Part shown: positions 18,486 to 27,683 of the stretch, piece after piece
How positions within the stretch are numbered: position 1 is the first letter of the stretch
Layout: each line of letters begins with the position of its first letter
Virus record (IMG/VR): IMGVR_UViG_3300045988_061146
Length of the DNA: 37,258 nt
DNA from: a virus
Direction: 5' to 3' (one strand)
The notes under the pieces: model-generated
Seen by the model: only the letters and a program-made list of their open reading frames with translations
The model's database searches: none
What the model was told of the DNA's origin: nothing
Translations under genes and position numbers: made by a program

Positions 18486-18680
18486 TTACACCTTCCTTTC
18501 CAGAAAATCAGTAACCAGGCGGACGGCCTGGTCCTTTGTGTAGACCTTCCCGTCTTCCAGGATCGCCGCGACGGCGTCACGGGGAAGGTTCAGGGTTTTC
18601 GATTTGACCAGTTGTTCCTTTGTGAAGGTCGGTTCCGCCGCCTGGTCTGCGGCCGGGGCCTTCTTCTTTGCGGTTGCCAT
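18486..18680 (-). CDS. Small hypothetical structural-module protein
   Basis: A 64-aa ORF between the neck and sheath genes. Confidence 0.4.
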   Translation of the reverse strand: MATAKKKAPAADQAAEPTFTKEQLVKSKTLNLPRDAVAAILEDGKVYTKDQAVRLVTDFLERKV

Positions 18681-19117
18681 TATTTGATTTCCTCCGTTTG
18701 TCCCAGGTTTTCCATGAAGGGGATTTCCGCCGGCGTCAGGACGAAGAAGAAGTCTGCGTCGAAGGTGAACTGATAGACGCGGGCGTTCTTGTCCGGTCTG
18801 GCTCTCTGGTTCGTCAGGCGGATCGTCCGGGTCTTCTGATCCGTTTCTTTCACGGTCAGCGTTTCGAACTGGTCGTACATTTCTTCGGCCCAGGCGTTGA
18901 ACTCCATATTCTCCTTCGATTTCAGGAAGTACAGGACTTCGATCTGGATCGACCTTTTCCGGCGGCGGTCCAGGTGGGCTTCCTGGCCCGATTCGATGAT
19001 GCCGACGAAGAACTGGCCGTCGGCGTCCTTCGGGATTTCGTCGACATAGACCTTCCGGTCAGGCCATACGCCAGCCAGTTTCCCGGCGATCGCTTCGATA
19101 AAATTGTTCAGGGTCAA
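18680..19117 (-). CDS. Tail completion / neck protein
   Basis: Position and size only. Confidence 0.4.
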   Translation of the reverse strand: MTLNNFIEAIAGKLAGVWPDRKVYVDEIPKDADGQFFVGIIESGQEAHLDRRRKRSIQIEVLYFLKSKENMEFNAWAEEMYDQFETLTVKETDQKTRTIRLTNQRARPDKNARVYQFTFDADFFFVLTPAEIPFMENLGQTEEIK

Positions 19118-19500
19118 GCCAGATCACCGTCCTTCACTTTGATCTCCTGGTGGGTCGCATAGACGGCCGGGCGGCCGACGACCTGGAACGCCAGAAGACG
19201 CCGGCTGTTCGGGTCCTCACGGCCGAACCGTTTCAGGGATATACTGTCGCCAGGAAGGACAAGAAGGTCGGGCGCGGCAAAGATAACGGCGTCATAGTCG
19301 ACTTCGTTCTGTGCGTCCGTCTGCTGGCTTTTGTCACTTCCTGAATACGACAGCGCGCAAATGATTTCAGAGTATTTCACAGCGGGGACGGCCCTTGTGA
19401 TGTGGTTCGCCCCCGTCGCGGGTTCCGTCCGGCTGATTGTGGCGGTGTCTTCGTAGGTCATTTCGATCGCCGCGCGCTCTGCGGCGGGGTTTCCGAACAT
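19114..19500 (-). CDS. Head-tail joining / head closure protein
   Basis: Position and size only. Confidence 0.4.
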   Translation of the reverse strand: MFGNPAAERAAIEMTYEDTATISRTEPATGANHITRAVPAVKYSEIICALSYSGSDKSQQTDAQNEVDYDAVIFAAPDLLVLPGDSISLKRFGREDPNSRRLLAFQVVGRPAVYATHQEIKVKDGDLA

Positions 19501-19504
19501 ACGA

Positions 19505-19954
19505 TCACCACCTTACTTTCCGGTATTCGTTCAGGACCGTTCGCCAGCCGAAGAAGTCCTGACCGTCAGCGCCCAGATTAAAGGTCGACGCCGATCCGGA
19601 AGCGCCGGAAGCATTGGCGAAGGACGTTGTGACGTCGCCACGCTTCACGGACGCGACCGGGCCGACGGCCGCCTGGGTGGTTCCCAGGCCGGCGGCCTTG
19701 TAGTAACTGACACACATGACGATCAGGGCGTTTTCCAGCGGGGCAGGAAGCGTGTCCTGATTGATGTAGGACAGGACCAGGTCTTCCACCGTCTGAGCGA
19801 CGAACAGAAGAACTTCGTCCTGGTCCGTCCCGTTGATCCCCAGAAGGGCCTTGACTTTTGCCAGCCGGTCTTCCTTCGACATAAGAACGCGAAGGACTTC
19901 CTTCTGTTCAAGGGCTGTCAGGCCGTCCAGGGAAGACAAAATCTGTTGAAGCAC
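19505..19954 (-). CDS. gp6-like head-tail connector protein
   Basis: 149 aa, the first gene after the capsid-associated genes. Confidence 0.5.
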   Translation of the reverse strand: MLQQILSSLDGLTALEQKEVLRVLMSKEDRLAKVKALLGINGTDQDEVLLFVAQTVEDLVLSYINQDTLPAPLENALIVMCVSYYKAAGLGTTQAAVGPVASVKRGDVTTSFANASGASGSASTFNLGADGQDFFGWRTVLNEYRKVRW

Positions 19955-19984
19955 GTTTCCACCACCTTTCGCCGGCCGCTTCGG

Positions 19985-20257
19985 TTATACGCCGGCGGCC
20001 TGGATCAACTCGACGATCTCCGCCTTTGTGGAACCGTCAGGAACGTCGATACCGGCGGCCTGGGCGGCCGCCAGAAGTTCGTCCTTGTTCATCTTGGACA
20101 GGGGCTTCACGCCTTCGTTGTCGCCTTCCTGGGCGTCAGGCTCGACGTCAGGGATCGCGGTATAGAAGGGGCTGTTCTTCATCTGTTCCAGGACGGTTTC
20201 GTCGTTAGGCTCGACGATCGACCCGGTTGTGTTGATTCTGAACTTCATGTCGGTCAC
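19985..20257 (-). CDS. Small protein with a C-terminal Rho_N/HeH-like motif
   Basis: KDELLAAAQAAGIDVPDGSTKAEIVELIQAAG. Confidence 0.45.
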   Translation of the reverse strand: MTDMKFRINTTGSIVEPNDETVLEQMKNSPFYTAIPDVEPDAQEGDNEGVKPLSKMNKDELLAAAQAAGIDVPDGSTKAEIVELIQAAGV

Positions 20258-20269
20258 GCTCCTTCCAGA

Positions 20270-21133
20270 TTAGGCCAGGGATTCTTCGATATAGAAGATC
20301 AGGTCAGGGGTCAGGGCCTTCGTGCCGTAGTCGTAGAACATGGACACGCCGTAGTCGTTGGACAGGGGAATCTTCTCCGGCTCTGCGTAGGGGTACATAA
20401 CGACAGGCTGGGCCATAGCACCGTCAACCATGCACAGGGCGCGGGTTGCGGTGGTTCCGGGGGCGACAGGAAGGTTGATGGAAGAATAGACGCGGACGCC
20501 GTGGAACATACGGAAGTCCTCGGCGGCGGTGTCAACGTTCGCGTTGTTGGTTCCCTTATCCAGATAGTTTCTGGCGCGGCCGTACATGACGGGGTCCAGA
20601 ACCAGACGGATCAGGTTGCGGGGTACGCCGCGAACATAGTCGTTCTTCACGGTTTCGACCGCCTGGATCAGTTCTTCCAACTGGTCTTCGACGGTGGTTC
20701 CCTTCGCGGTCAGTTTGGTTCCGGCGGTCTTCGCCTTTGCGAAGAAGTCGGCGTCCAGTTCGGCGGCCACGGTGTCGACGTGGTTGTCGGCGCGACGGGC
20801 CATGATGTTTCCGACGCCGAAGGTGTCCAGGTCGAACTTTGCGGCTTCCTCCACGATCTCGCGGTGAATGTCCAGGTTCACGGTAGTAGGGGGGACGGTG
20901 ATCGCCGCGCCCTTTCCGGCGGTTCTGGCGGTTCCGTATGCCTGGGACGCGCTGTTCTTGAATCGCTTATACTCAACAGAACCAGTCGCGGGGTTGCCGG
21001 TGTAGGACTGGGACTTCAAGCCGGCCGCCAGGGTTTCCTTCTGAATGTTGCTGATCACCAGGCCGGACAGTTCGGACAGTTCGACCTTAGTAGAACCGGT
21101 CTGGATCAGGCTGATCGCTTTCGTTCTTGCCAT
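20270..21133 (-). CDS. Major capsid protein
   Basis: 287 aa, between the scaffold and connector genes, with capsid-like composition. Confidence 0.7.
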   Translation of the reverse strand: MARTKAISLIQTGSTKVELSELSGLVISNIQKETLAAGLKSQSYTGNPATGSVEYKRFKNSASQAYGTARTAGKGAAITVPPTTVNLDIHREIVEEAAKFDLDTFGVGNIMARRADNHVDTVAAELDADFFAKAKTAGTKLTAKGTTVEDQLEELIQAVETVKNDYVRGVPRNLIRLVLDPVMYGRARNYLDKGTNNANVDTAAEDFRMFHGVRVYSSINLPVAPGTTATRALCMVDGAMAQPVVMYPYAEPEKIPLSNDYGVSMFYDYGTKALTPDLIFYIEESLA

Positions 21134-21170
21134 AAAATATCATTCCTTTCATTGTTGGCTGGTTGGTAGG

Positions 21171-21761
21171 TTAGATCACGACAGGGCCGTCGACCTTTGC
21201 GGCCGGCTCCTGGCGCGCGCCGGGGTCAGCGGGCTTCGCGCCCTTAATGTCGGGGTTCGCCGGGTCCTGGCTCTTGAACAGGTACGCCTTCGACTCCTTC
21301 AAGGGTTTCAGAAGGCCGTCAAGGTCAGTTTTCAGCGTCCCGGCGGCGTCGACCTCGATCTTGTCCAGGTCCAGAAGGGAAATAATGTCGGCCGGGTCGT
21401 GGGCCTGGTTCGCCAGGGCCATTCGAAGGGCCGTGTTCTTCTGAATCTTCGTGATCTCTTTCTGGTGGTTGGTTCGAAGGGTTTCAAGCGTGGTCTGGGC
21501 GGTCTTGACGTCGTCCGCGATCTTCGCCGGATCGCCGGACCCGCCGATCGCCTTCAATGCTTCGGCGGCGGCTTTCAGCGCATTTTCTGCGCTGGTCTTT
21601 CCGCTGTTGGCTCCGTTGTACTTATCGGCCGGGACGAAGGTTCCGTCGTTACCGACGACCAGGTCCACGTCCTTTCCGTCCTTGCCCTTGCCCTTCAAGG
21701 CCGCTTCGACCTGGTTCGACAGGTCGGCCCCCAGAATGGTTTTGACGCTCTCTGTGATCAT
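21171..21761 (-). CDS. Scaffolding protein
   Basis: Ala/Lys/Asp-rich and helical, immediately upstream of the capsid gene. Confidence 0.7.
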   Translation of the reverse strand: MITESVKTILGADLSNQVEAALKGKGKDGKDVDLVVGNDGTFVPADKYNGANSGKTSAENALKAAAEALKAIGGSGDPAKIADDVKTAQTTLETLRTNHQKEITKIQKNTALRMALANQAHDPADIISLLDLDKIEVDAAGTLKTDLDGLLKPLKESKAYLFKSQDPANPDIKGAKPADPGARQEPAAKVDGPVVI

Positions 21762-21849
21762 GGTTTGCTCCTTTCTCCGCTGTCTTTACCGTGACTTCCA
21801 CACGCTTTGCGGTCCCGCCTGGTCGCCGGGCAGGTGCGGCTGGATATGA

Positions 21850-21920
21850 AAAGACCCGCCGGAAGGCGGGTGATTTCCTGAAATGGGTATAAAAAAACGC
21901 CCCGTAGGGCGTTTTCATCT
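21850..21920. terminator. Two adjacent hairpin terminators. The first is cccgcc-ggaa-ggcggg with a T-run on the minus strand. The second is aaaaaaa-acgccc-cgta-gggcgt-tttt and is bidirectional.
   Basis: Read directly from the sequence. Confidence 0.5.
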
Positions 21921-21941
21921 GATTTCATGTGACTTCGTGTG

Positions 21942-22121
21942 TTACTGTTCGTCTTCGTGATACTGGCAGGCCAGGCAAGCCTTCCGGGCGTCGTCTGTCA
22001 GGGTGACGCCGGGGGGAAGGGCCTGTTCTGGCGCTTCTCCGTCGACCACCAGGACGACACAGTAACAGGAATCGCCGTCAATCTGCTTCCCGGTGACGGG
22101 ACAGTTTACAGTCTTCTTCAT
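21942..22121 (-). CDS. Small Cys-rich protein, 59 aa. It is not in the ORF track.
   Basis: MKKTVNCPVTGKQIDGDSCYCVVLVVDGEAPEQALPPGVTLTDDARKACLACQYHEDEQ. The RBS is GGAGGT. The ATG overlaps the minor-head stop as ATGA. Confidence 0.4.
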   Translation of the reverse strand: MKKTVNCPVTGKQIDGDSCYCVVLVVDGEAPEQALPPGVTLTDDARKACLACQYHEDEQ

Positions 22122-23668
22122 TCTTCGAATACCTCCATAGCCTTTTCGACGCTCTGGTCAAAGTCAGACCGGGCGAAGGAAGTGTTGATCTTCCCTTCTT
22201 CGTTGACATAGGTCGCCCCAGTCGGGGAATAATAATTCGTCTTTACGCCGTCCCAGCGCCGCCTTGTGACGCTGAACCGGGCTGTTCTGACATACTCCTT
22301 CGCCTGTTCAAGTGTGACGCCGTGGTGGCTTCCGTGGGCGTCCACGAAGGCAAGGGTCGAAGGGTCAATCGCCGCCGGCGGGACGCGAATTGTCCCCCGG
22401 AATCCGGTCGCCTTGATCCGGTTGTAGATGTCGAAGTCCGCCTTGGTGGCTTCCGGGACGCGCCCCTTGTAGGAATAGAAGGATTTCAGATTGGACCAGG
22501 CGTCCGGGTCTGTGTACTTCATTTCCTGGAAGGCGTCAAGGTCGGACGGCGCGTCAGCGCCCAGGCGTTCGGAATACCGGCCGAACTGCTCCGCGTCCTT
22601 GCCCTGATTATACGACTTCTGGCGTTCCTTTTCAACATAGCCGGGGCCGTGGGCGTCGACTTGCTGTCTGTACCAGTCCTCGTATGTCATATTTTCCGGC
22701 ATAGGCTGGCCGGAATTGTACCAGTCCAGGGCGTCGTCCGGGTCATATTCGACTGTGGTACAGCGGTCGTTCGGGTGCATAGGTGGGTAGTTCACGCCGG
22801 CCTGGGCGTCCTTCAACTTGAAGTGTTTCCCGTCCAGGGCCGCGCACGTTTCACAGGTCCGCGCGTCATGGGTGGCGATATATTCGTACTGATCCACGCC
22901 GGCGGCATTATAGGCCGCCTTGTCCGCTTCGCTGTGGAAATGCGTTGTTTCGGTCCGGATCAGCCGTTCGGCGGCCTTGTAGGACTGGCCCATTTTAGCG
23001 GACAGTTCCTTCGACATGGTCGCCACGCTCTTTCCTTGCATGACGCCTTGCGTGATGGTTTCCCGGACATGGAACAGAAGCGCCTGTTTGTTCCTCCACA
23101 GGCGATCGGAGAACATAGCCCCGGACCAGGGATAGGACAGAACGTTTTCAACTACGCTTTCGTCCAGTTTGGCGAACTCATGGATAAAGCCGGCGCGGGA
23201 CTGAATGTCATAGACCTTCTTGTAGTAGCCTTCCCGGAAGGTTTCGCCGAACTCCGCCTTCATCTGGGACACGCCGGTTTCCCACAGTTCATTAAGTTTC
23301 AGGTCGATTTGTCCCAGAAGGGCTTCCAGGCGGGAAATACGGCTGTTCGTGGACAGGGCGTCCAGTTGGGCCGTCAGAAGGGCCTTGACGCGGGGGTCAG
23401 GCTCCGCCGCGATCCTGGCGATATATTCGCCCAGGGTCGCCTTCCATTCCTGGAACTCCTTCCTGGTCAGAAGGCGGACGGCCTGATCGTATGTCAGGCC
23501 ATACTTCCCGGCGTACTTCGAATAGAAGTCGCCTATGTCGCGCCGGATCGCTTTCGCGGCCCGGTCGTATTCCTGGAACATTTTCGCCGTTAGCCCGACG
23601 CCGCGAAGATAGGCTTCATTCTCACGTTGAAGGGCGCGGGCGATCCAGTATTCCTTATTCCGTATCAT
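22118..23668 (-). CDS. Minor head morphogenesis protein (SPP1 gp7 / Mu F-like) with an uncharacterised C-terminal extension of about 200 aa
   Basis: The conserved HPNDRCT motif. It lies directly downstream of the portal gene. Confidence 0.75.
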   Translation of the reverse strand: MIRNKEYWIARALQRENEAYLRGVGLTAKMFQEYDRAAKAIRRDIGDFYSKYAGKYGLTYDQAVRLLTRKEFQEWKATLGEYIARIAAEPDPRVKALLTAQLDALSTNSRISRLEALLGQIDLKLNELWETGVSQMKAEFGETFREGYYKKVYDIQSRAGFIHEFAKLDESVVENVLSYPWSGAMFSDRLWRNKQALLFHVRETITQGVMQGKSVATMSKELSAKMGQSYKAAERLIRTETTHFHSEADKAAYNAAGVDQYEYIATHDARTCETCAALDGKHFKLKDAQAGVNYPPMHPNDRCTTVEYDPDDALDWYNSGQPMPENMTYEDWYRQQVDAHGPGYVEKERQKSYNQGKDAEQFGRYSERLGADAPSDLDAFQEMKYTDPDAWSNLKSFYSYKGRVPEATKADFDIYNRIKATGFRGTIRVPPAAIDPSTLAFVDAHGSHHGVTLEQAKEYVRTARFSVTRRRWDGVKTNYYSPTGATYVNEEGKINTSFARSDFDQSVEKAMEVFEE

Positions 23669-25172
23669 TCAGGCCACCAGCCTTTCCAGCGGCCCCTTCC
23701 TCGCCCTTCTGGGCCGTCTGTGGGACGTTTCCGGCTCCCAGGGTGTCGTCGAACAGACCTTCCCCAAACTCCGCCATAGCGGCCTTCTTTTCGCTGTCCA
23801 GTTGGGCCAGTTCTTCGTCGACGTCCGTCACCCAGGGGTGATTTTGAAGGATCGTCCGTTTGGAGATCAGGCCGTCACTGGTTCGGGCGTTGTTGATGAT
23901 GTCCGTTTCATTGACCGGAAGGTCCATGTTGAAGACTATGTCGAAGTCCTCGTTCGTGAAGTCGCCCTGGCCGGTGATCTGGAAGTAGACGTCAATGAAC
24001 AGTTTCAGGCGGTGGAAGGTGTCTTTCAGTTCGGTTCCCAGGGAATCACAGTCGGCGTCCAGGTCCATATATCGGAAGTTGATCGCCGATCCGCTGGCGT
24101 TCCCCAGTTCCGGGTCCTTCGTGTCCACGCCGGCCGCGAAGTCGTAAATGTCCCGGCGCTCATTGTCCAGGAAGGCCATGACAGCGTCAATGTTCAGGTC
24201 TGCCTGTAACTTATCCACGCCGCCGTCGGAAGTGACCTTGATCGCCATGTGTTCCTTCAAGTCCTTCAAGAACTCCGCCAGATCGGTTCCGCCGTAGTTT
24301 TTCAGGATATAAATGAACTTCGCCACGTCACGAAGGACGTCGGCCGTCACGCTGTTTTGCCAGTTGATGTCGTCGATCAGGTCCTTTATGAAGTAGCACA
24401 GGGGAAGTTCTTCTTCGTTGTACTTCAACCAGGCGATCGGAACTTCTTCCCAGTTGTAGGGCTTCCCGGCGACGGTGAAGTGTGGTTCAGTCCAGTCGTT
24501 TTCCTCGGTCCCGTGTTCCTTGTCGACGTAGAAGTCGCCGGCCCCGGTCCCGCCGAAGGCGTCCGTCTTGAAGTAGCGAACGCCGCCGGTCCACCAAAAT
24601 TCGGCGTGTGTGATCGTGTGCTTCCTGGTCCCGACATAAATGATCTGGTCATAGAAGCGAATGAAGGCGTCCAGTTTCGTTCGTTCGGAGTCGCGCCACA
24701 GGGGAACGACTTCGGTCGACGGGACACGCATGAAGGCCAGTTCGCCGGCGTCGTCGAAGTAGGGCTGAATCCAGGCGATCCCGGACTTGACCGCGCCTTT
24801 CCCCAGGCTCTTGATCTTCCGGCGGAAGGTCTGGTCAAAGACTTTGTTCAGGGCTTCGCCATATTCTCCGCTTTCGGTGTCCACAGTCCAGGGCTTCGAC
24901 AGAAGGTAGTTCGCCTTCTGGTCCACCAGTTTTTTCAGGATAGGCCGTTCGATCTTTGCGTTCGATCGGTTGGCGACGTCGACCGTCTTCTTCTGGACGG
25001 AAGACCTGTTCCTGTAATACGATTCGGCTTCCAGTATGATTTGATATTGTTCGGACTTCTTGAACTCCCGGATTTCCTCACTGACGATCTGGGCCAGGGT
25101 CATAGTCGCTTTTTCAGGGTCGGACAGGATCAGGTTGATCCGGTCCATGACAGACAGTTCCATTTCCTCCAC
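23655..25172 (-). CDS. Portal protein
   Basis: 505 aa, between the terminase and the minor head gene. Confidence 0.8.
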   Translation of the reverse strand: MEEMELSVMDRINLILSDPEKATMTLAQIVSEEIREFKKSEQYQIILEAESYYRNRSSVQKKTVDVANRSNAKIERPILKKLVDQKANYLLSKPWTVDTESGEYGEALNKVFDQTFRRKIKSLGKGAVKSGIAWIQPYFDDAGELAFMRVPSTEVVPLWRDSERTKLDAFIRFYDQIIYVGTRKHTITHAEFWWTGGVRYFKTDAFGGTGAGDFYVDKEHGTEENDWTEPHFTVAGKPYNWEEVPIAWLKYNEEELPLCYFIKDLIDDINWQNSVTADVLRDVAKFIYILKNYGGTDLAEFLKDLKEHMAIKVTSDGGVDKLQADLNIDAVMAFLDNERRDIYDFAAGVDTKDPELGNASGSAINFRYMDLDADCDSLGTELKDTFHRLKLFIDVYFQITGQGDFTNEDFDIVFNMDLPVNETDIINNARTSDGLISKRTILQNHPWVTDVDEELAQLDSEKKAAMAEFGEGLFDDTLGAGNVPQTAQKGEEGAAGKAGGLNDTE

Positions 25173-25173
25173 C

Positions 25174-26445
25174 TCACTTCAAAACTTCGATAGACGAACC
25201 GCGTCGCGGACGCTCCACGCCATAGCGAAGGGCCGCCATAGCGTCGTCCATGAACTCGACAGGTTCGTCGATATAAAGGCCCGTGGTCGGGTCCTTTTTC
25301 CACTTCCACTGTTGAACTTCTTTCAGAACATTCACACAGGAAGGGTGTATGTGTATCTTTCGGCCTTTCAGGAAGTCGATCTGGGCCTTCACGCTTCCAG
25401 GCTCCTTTTTCACGGGATAGGCGCGGAAGCCGGCCTTCTGCCATGTCCTGATCCGGTCCGGCTCCGCAGAATCGCAGAACATTTCAACGCGCGGGTCAAT
25501 CTTTGCCTGACGGGCCAGGCTGATAATTTCTTCGGTGTCCTTCTCGAAGACGTATATTTCCGAAGTGACGTAGATTTCGCCGTCCTTCCAGCCGACACCC
25601 AGGATCGCGTCGGCATGGTTGAAGCCGAAGTCCTGTCCGTAATAAAAGCCGTCGAAGTAGTCGCGCCTGGTAGGGAAGTTGTGGACTTCGAAGTTCGTCA
25701 GGATCAGGCCGCCCAGTTCGCCCCATTCACCCAGGCCATACACGCGGTAGCCGTCCGGGTCTTCTTCCTTGCGTCGCTCCATGCGGCGGGAATAGGCCGG
25801 GTCTATGAACCGGTTTGTCCTGTATGTCGAATGGTGGGTCAGAACGTCCGGATCGGACTTGTCGAAGTAGCGGGCCTTGATCCAGTGCGTCGCGCTGACC
25901 GGGTTGAAGGTCATTGTGATCTGATAATACAGATTCGGGTTCAGGTCGTCCAGGTTGCCACGAAGACGGTCGTCCAGAATGTCGACGTCTTCCGGAAGAA
26001 GTTCTGTCGCTTCCTCACACCATATCCAGACCAGTTTCCCGTTCTTGAAGGTGATGGACTTGATCTTCTCACGCTGGCGCTGGTCCTTGACGCCCCGGAA
26101 GATAATCCGGTTCCCGGTGATCTTACATTCCAGGGCAAGGGGGTTCAGGTTGACCTTCCAGAAGCGGTCGGCGTAGGGGCCGAACATTCGATAGATCGCC
26201 GCCTGTAACTCTGCGAAGGTGCTGTCGCGGTTCGTTTCTTCAATCTTCCGGACGACGACCAGGTTCGCGCCCTGGTATGCCGGATCGGACAGTTTCGCTA
26301 TGTAGTCCTGGGCGATATTCACAGACTTCCCAGAACCGGCGGACCCCTTCAAAATGCGGTAGCGGCCGCGCCATTCGTTGACAGGGCGGAAGACCGGGTT
26401 AAACTGGGCCGACGCCATGAACTCAACTGTCTGGGCCGTAGTCAT
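25174..26445 (-). CDS. terL: Terminase large subunit
   Basis: Walker A GSAGSGKS, 423 aa, downstream of TerS. Confidence 0.9.
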   Translation of the reverse strand: MTTAQTVEFMASAQFNPVFRPVNEWRGRYRILKGSAGSGKSVNIAQDYIAKLSDPAYQGANLVVVRKIEETNRDSTFAELQAAIYRMFGPYADRFWKVNLNPLALECKITGNRIIFRGVKDQRQREKIKSITFKNGKLVWIWCEEATELLPEDVDILDDRLRGNLDDLNPNLYYQITMTFNPVSATHWIKARYFDKSDPDVLTHHSTYRTNRFIDPAYSRRMERRKEEDPDGYRVYGLGEWGELGGLILTNFEVHNFPTRRDYFDGFYYGQDFGFNHADAILGVGWKDGEIYVTSEIYVFEKDTEEIISLARQAKIDPRVEMFCDSAEPDRIRTWQKAGFRAYPVKKEPGSVKAQIDFLKGRKIHIHPSCVNVLKEVQQWKWKKDPTTGLYIDEPVEFMDDAMAALRYGVERPRRGSSIEVLK

Positions 26446-26923
26446 AATTGATCACCACCGTCACAGGGGCGGTGCTGTCCGGGCTGTCCTTGAACATTCC
26501 CAGGTGCTTTCCGCACAGTTCCAGGGCCTTCAACTTGTCCGCCAGGCGGACTTCCCGTTCCACGCCGTCGCCGTCTTCTCCGGGGATCACTTTCACCTTC
26601 ACGGAAGCGATCGCGGCCGTGTCGTCGCGGGAAGCGTCAGTCAGGACTGTCGCGTCGGTCATGTTGATCACGTCGATCGCGTTCACGAAGGCGATTTTCC
26701 CCAGTTCCAACAGGACCCGGTCGGCGTTGATCCCGGTTCGCTTTGACCTTTCGGCCATAGCGCGGTCTATGCGCGCGCGGATTTCAGGTTTTTTCAGCAA
26801 TTCACTTCCGATACTCCCCGCAGATTCCACGGAATATCCGGCGCGGATCGCGGCCTGGGTCGCGTTCAGGTCGATCAGGTATTCGTCACAGAAGACTTCA
26901 TTCTTCTTCGTCAGTTTTCCCAC
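26423..26923 (-). CDS. terS: Terminase small subunit (P27 family)
   Basis: N-terminal HTH-like FCDEYLIDLNATQAAIRAGYS, 166 aa. Confidence 0.8.
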   Translation of the reverse strand: MGKLTKKNEVFCDEYLIDLNATQAAIRAGYSVESAGSIGSELLKKPEIRARIDRAMAERSKRTGINADRVLLELGKIAFVNAIDVINMTDATVLTDASRDDTAAIASVKVKVIPGEDGDGVEREVRLADKLKALELCGKHLGMFKDSPDSTAPVTVVINYDYGPDS

Positions 26924-26954
26924 GATTCTTCACCGTCCTTTCTGTGGGTGTCCA

Positions 26955-27135
26955 TTCCTTTTCGGGCAACAGAAAAGGAACGCCTGTGAAGACGTTCCTT
27001 TCTGCGCCCTATAAAAAGGAGGTCGGGAACTGGGCAAGGTTCCCTTGTAGCATTTTCGCACACTCTTATAGCCGTTACAAGTGCAAGTATGTGCAGACTT
27101 ATGCAAAGATGTGCAATCATGTGCAAAAAGTTTTC
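26955..27135. promoter_or_regulatory. Late-operon control region. It has a hairpin (aggaacg-N10-cgttcct) and direct repeats of ATGTGCA(A) (tatgtgcagac / atgcaaag / atgtgcaatc / atgtgcaaaaag).
   Basis: Read directly from the sequence, between the ArpU-family activator gene and terS. Confidence 0.45.
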
Positions 27136-27150
27136 CGCCGCCGGGAAGGT

Positions 27151-27666
27151 TCATTCGATATTCCCGTGAAGGCGGATATATTTCCGGACCAGGCGGTCGA
27201 CGGCCGTTTTCCTCTGGCGGCTGACGGTGGAACCGTCCATGTCCAGAAGTTCGGCGGCCTGGGCGTATGTCCGGCGCGGATAGTACAGGGTCAGAAGAAT
27301 GATCTTCGACTTCGCGTCCATTGTCAGGATCGCTTCGTGTACGTTTTCAATCTGGCGTTGTCGTTCTTCCAGGGCGTCGGTCGCTCTCTTTGTTCTGGCG
27401 GTCCGGCGCTGGATCGCGTCGGCCACCTTTACCAGAAGGCCGTCAGGGTCGGGGGACGACTGGACGCGGGGCGTATCATATCGGACGCCGCGCGGGTAGG
27501 CTCTGGCCCTGATTGCTTCCAGGTCTTCTTCCAGGGCGGCGCGCTCTGCGTCGATCTGCGCTTCAATAGTCGACATTTCCTGGTCGTGGTTCTTCAATAT
27601 GTCGTAGACGCGGCGGGCCGTCTGGTCCGCGCGGTCTTTCTTTTCTTTGGCGTCCATGCCGTTCAC
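27151..27666 (-). CDS. ArpU-family phage late transcriptional activator (sigma-70 region-4-like HTH)
   Basis: C-terminal TYAQAAELLDMDGSTVSRQRKTAVDRLVRKY, 171 aa, directly upstream of terS. Confidence 0.7.
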   Translation of the reverse strand: MNGMDAKEKKDRADQTARRVYDILKNHDQEMSTIEAQIDAERAALEEDLEAIRARAYPRGVRYDTPRVQSSPDPDGLLVKVADAIQRRTARTKRATDALEERQRQIENVHEAILTMDAKSKIILLTLYYPRRTYAQAAELLDMDGSTVSRQRKTAVDRLVRKYIRLHGNIE

Positions 27667-27683
27667 CTTCTTTCCTGCGGGCG

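Noticed and set aside
17331-18773. Very long plus-strand ORFs (17331..18773, 19946..21169, 14601..15611, 12350..13291, 3116..4045, 22322..23593, 24249..25193, 25060..26208, 32006..33076, 33838..34698)
   Set aside because: All are antisense to well-supported structural or replication genes. They show the Gly/Arg/Val-rich composition typical of the reverse frames of high-GC coding DNA.
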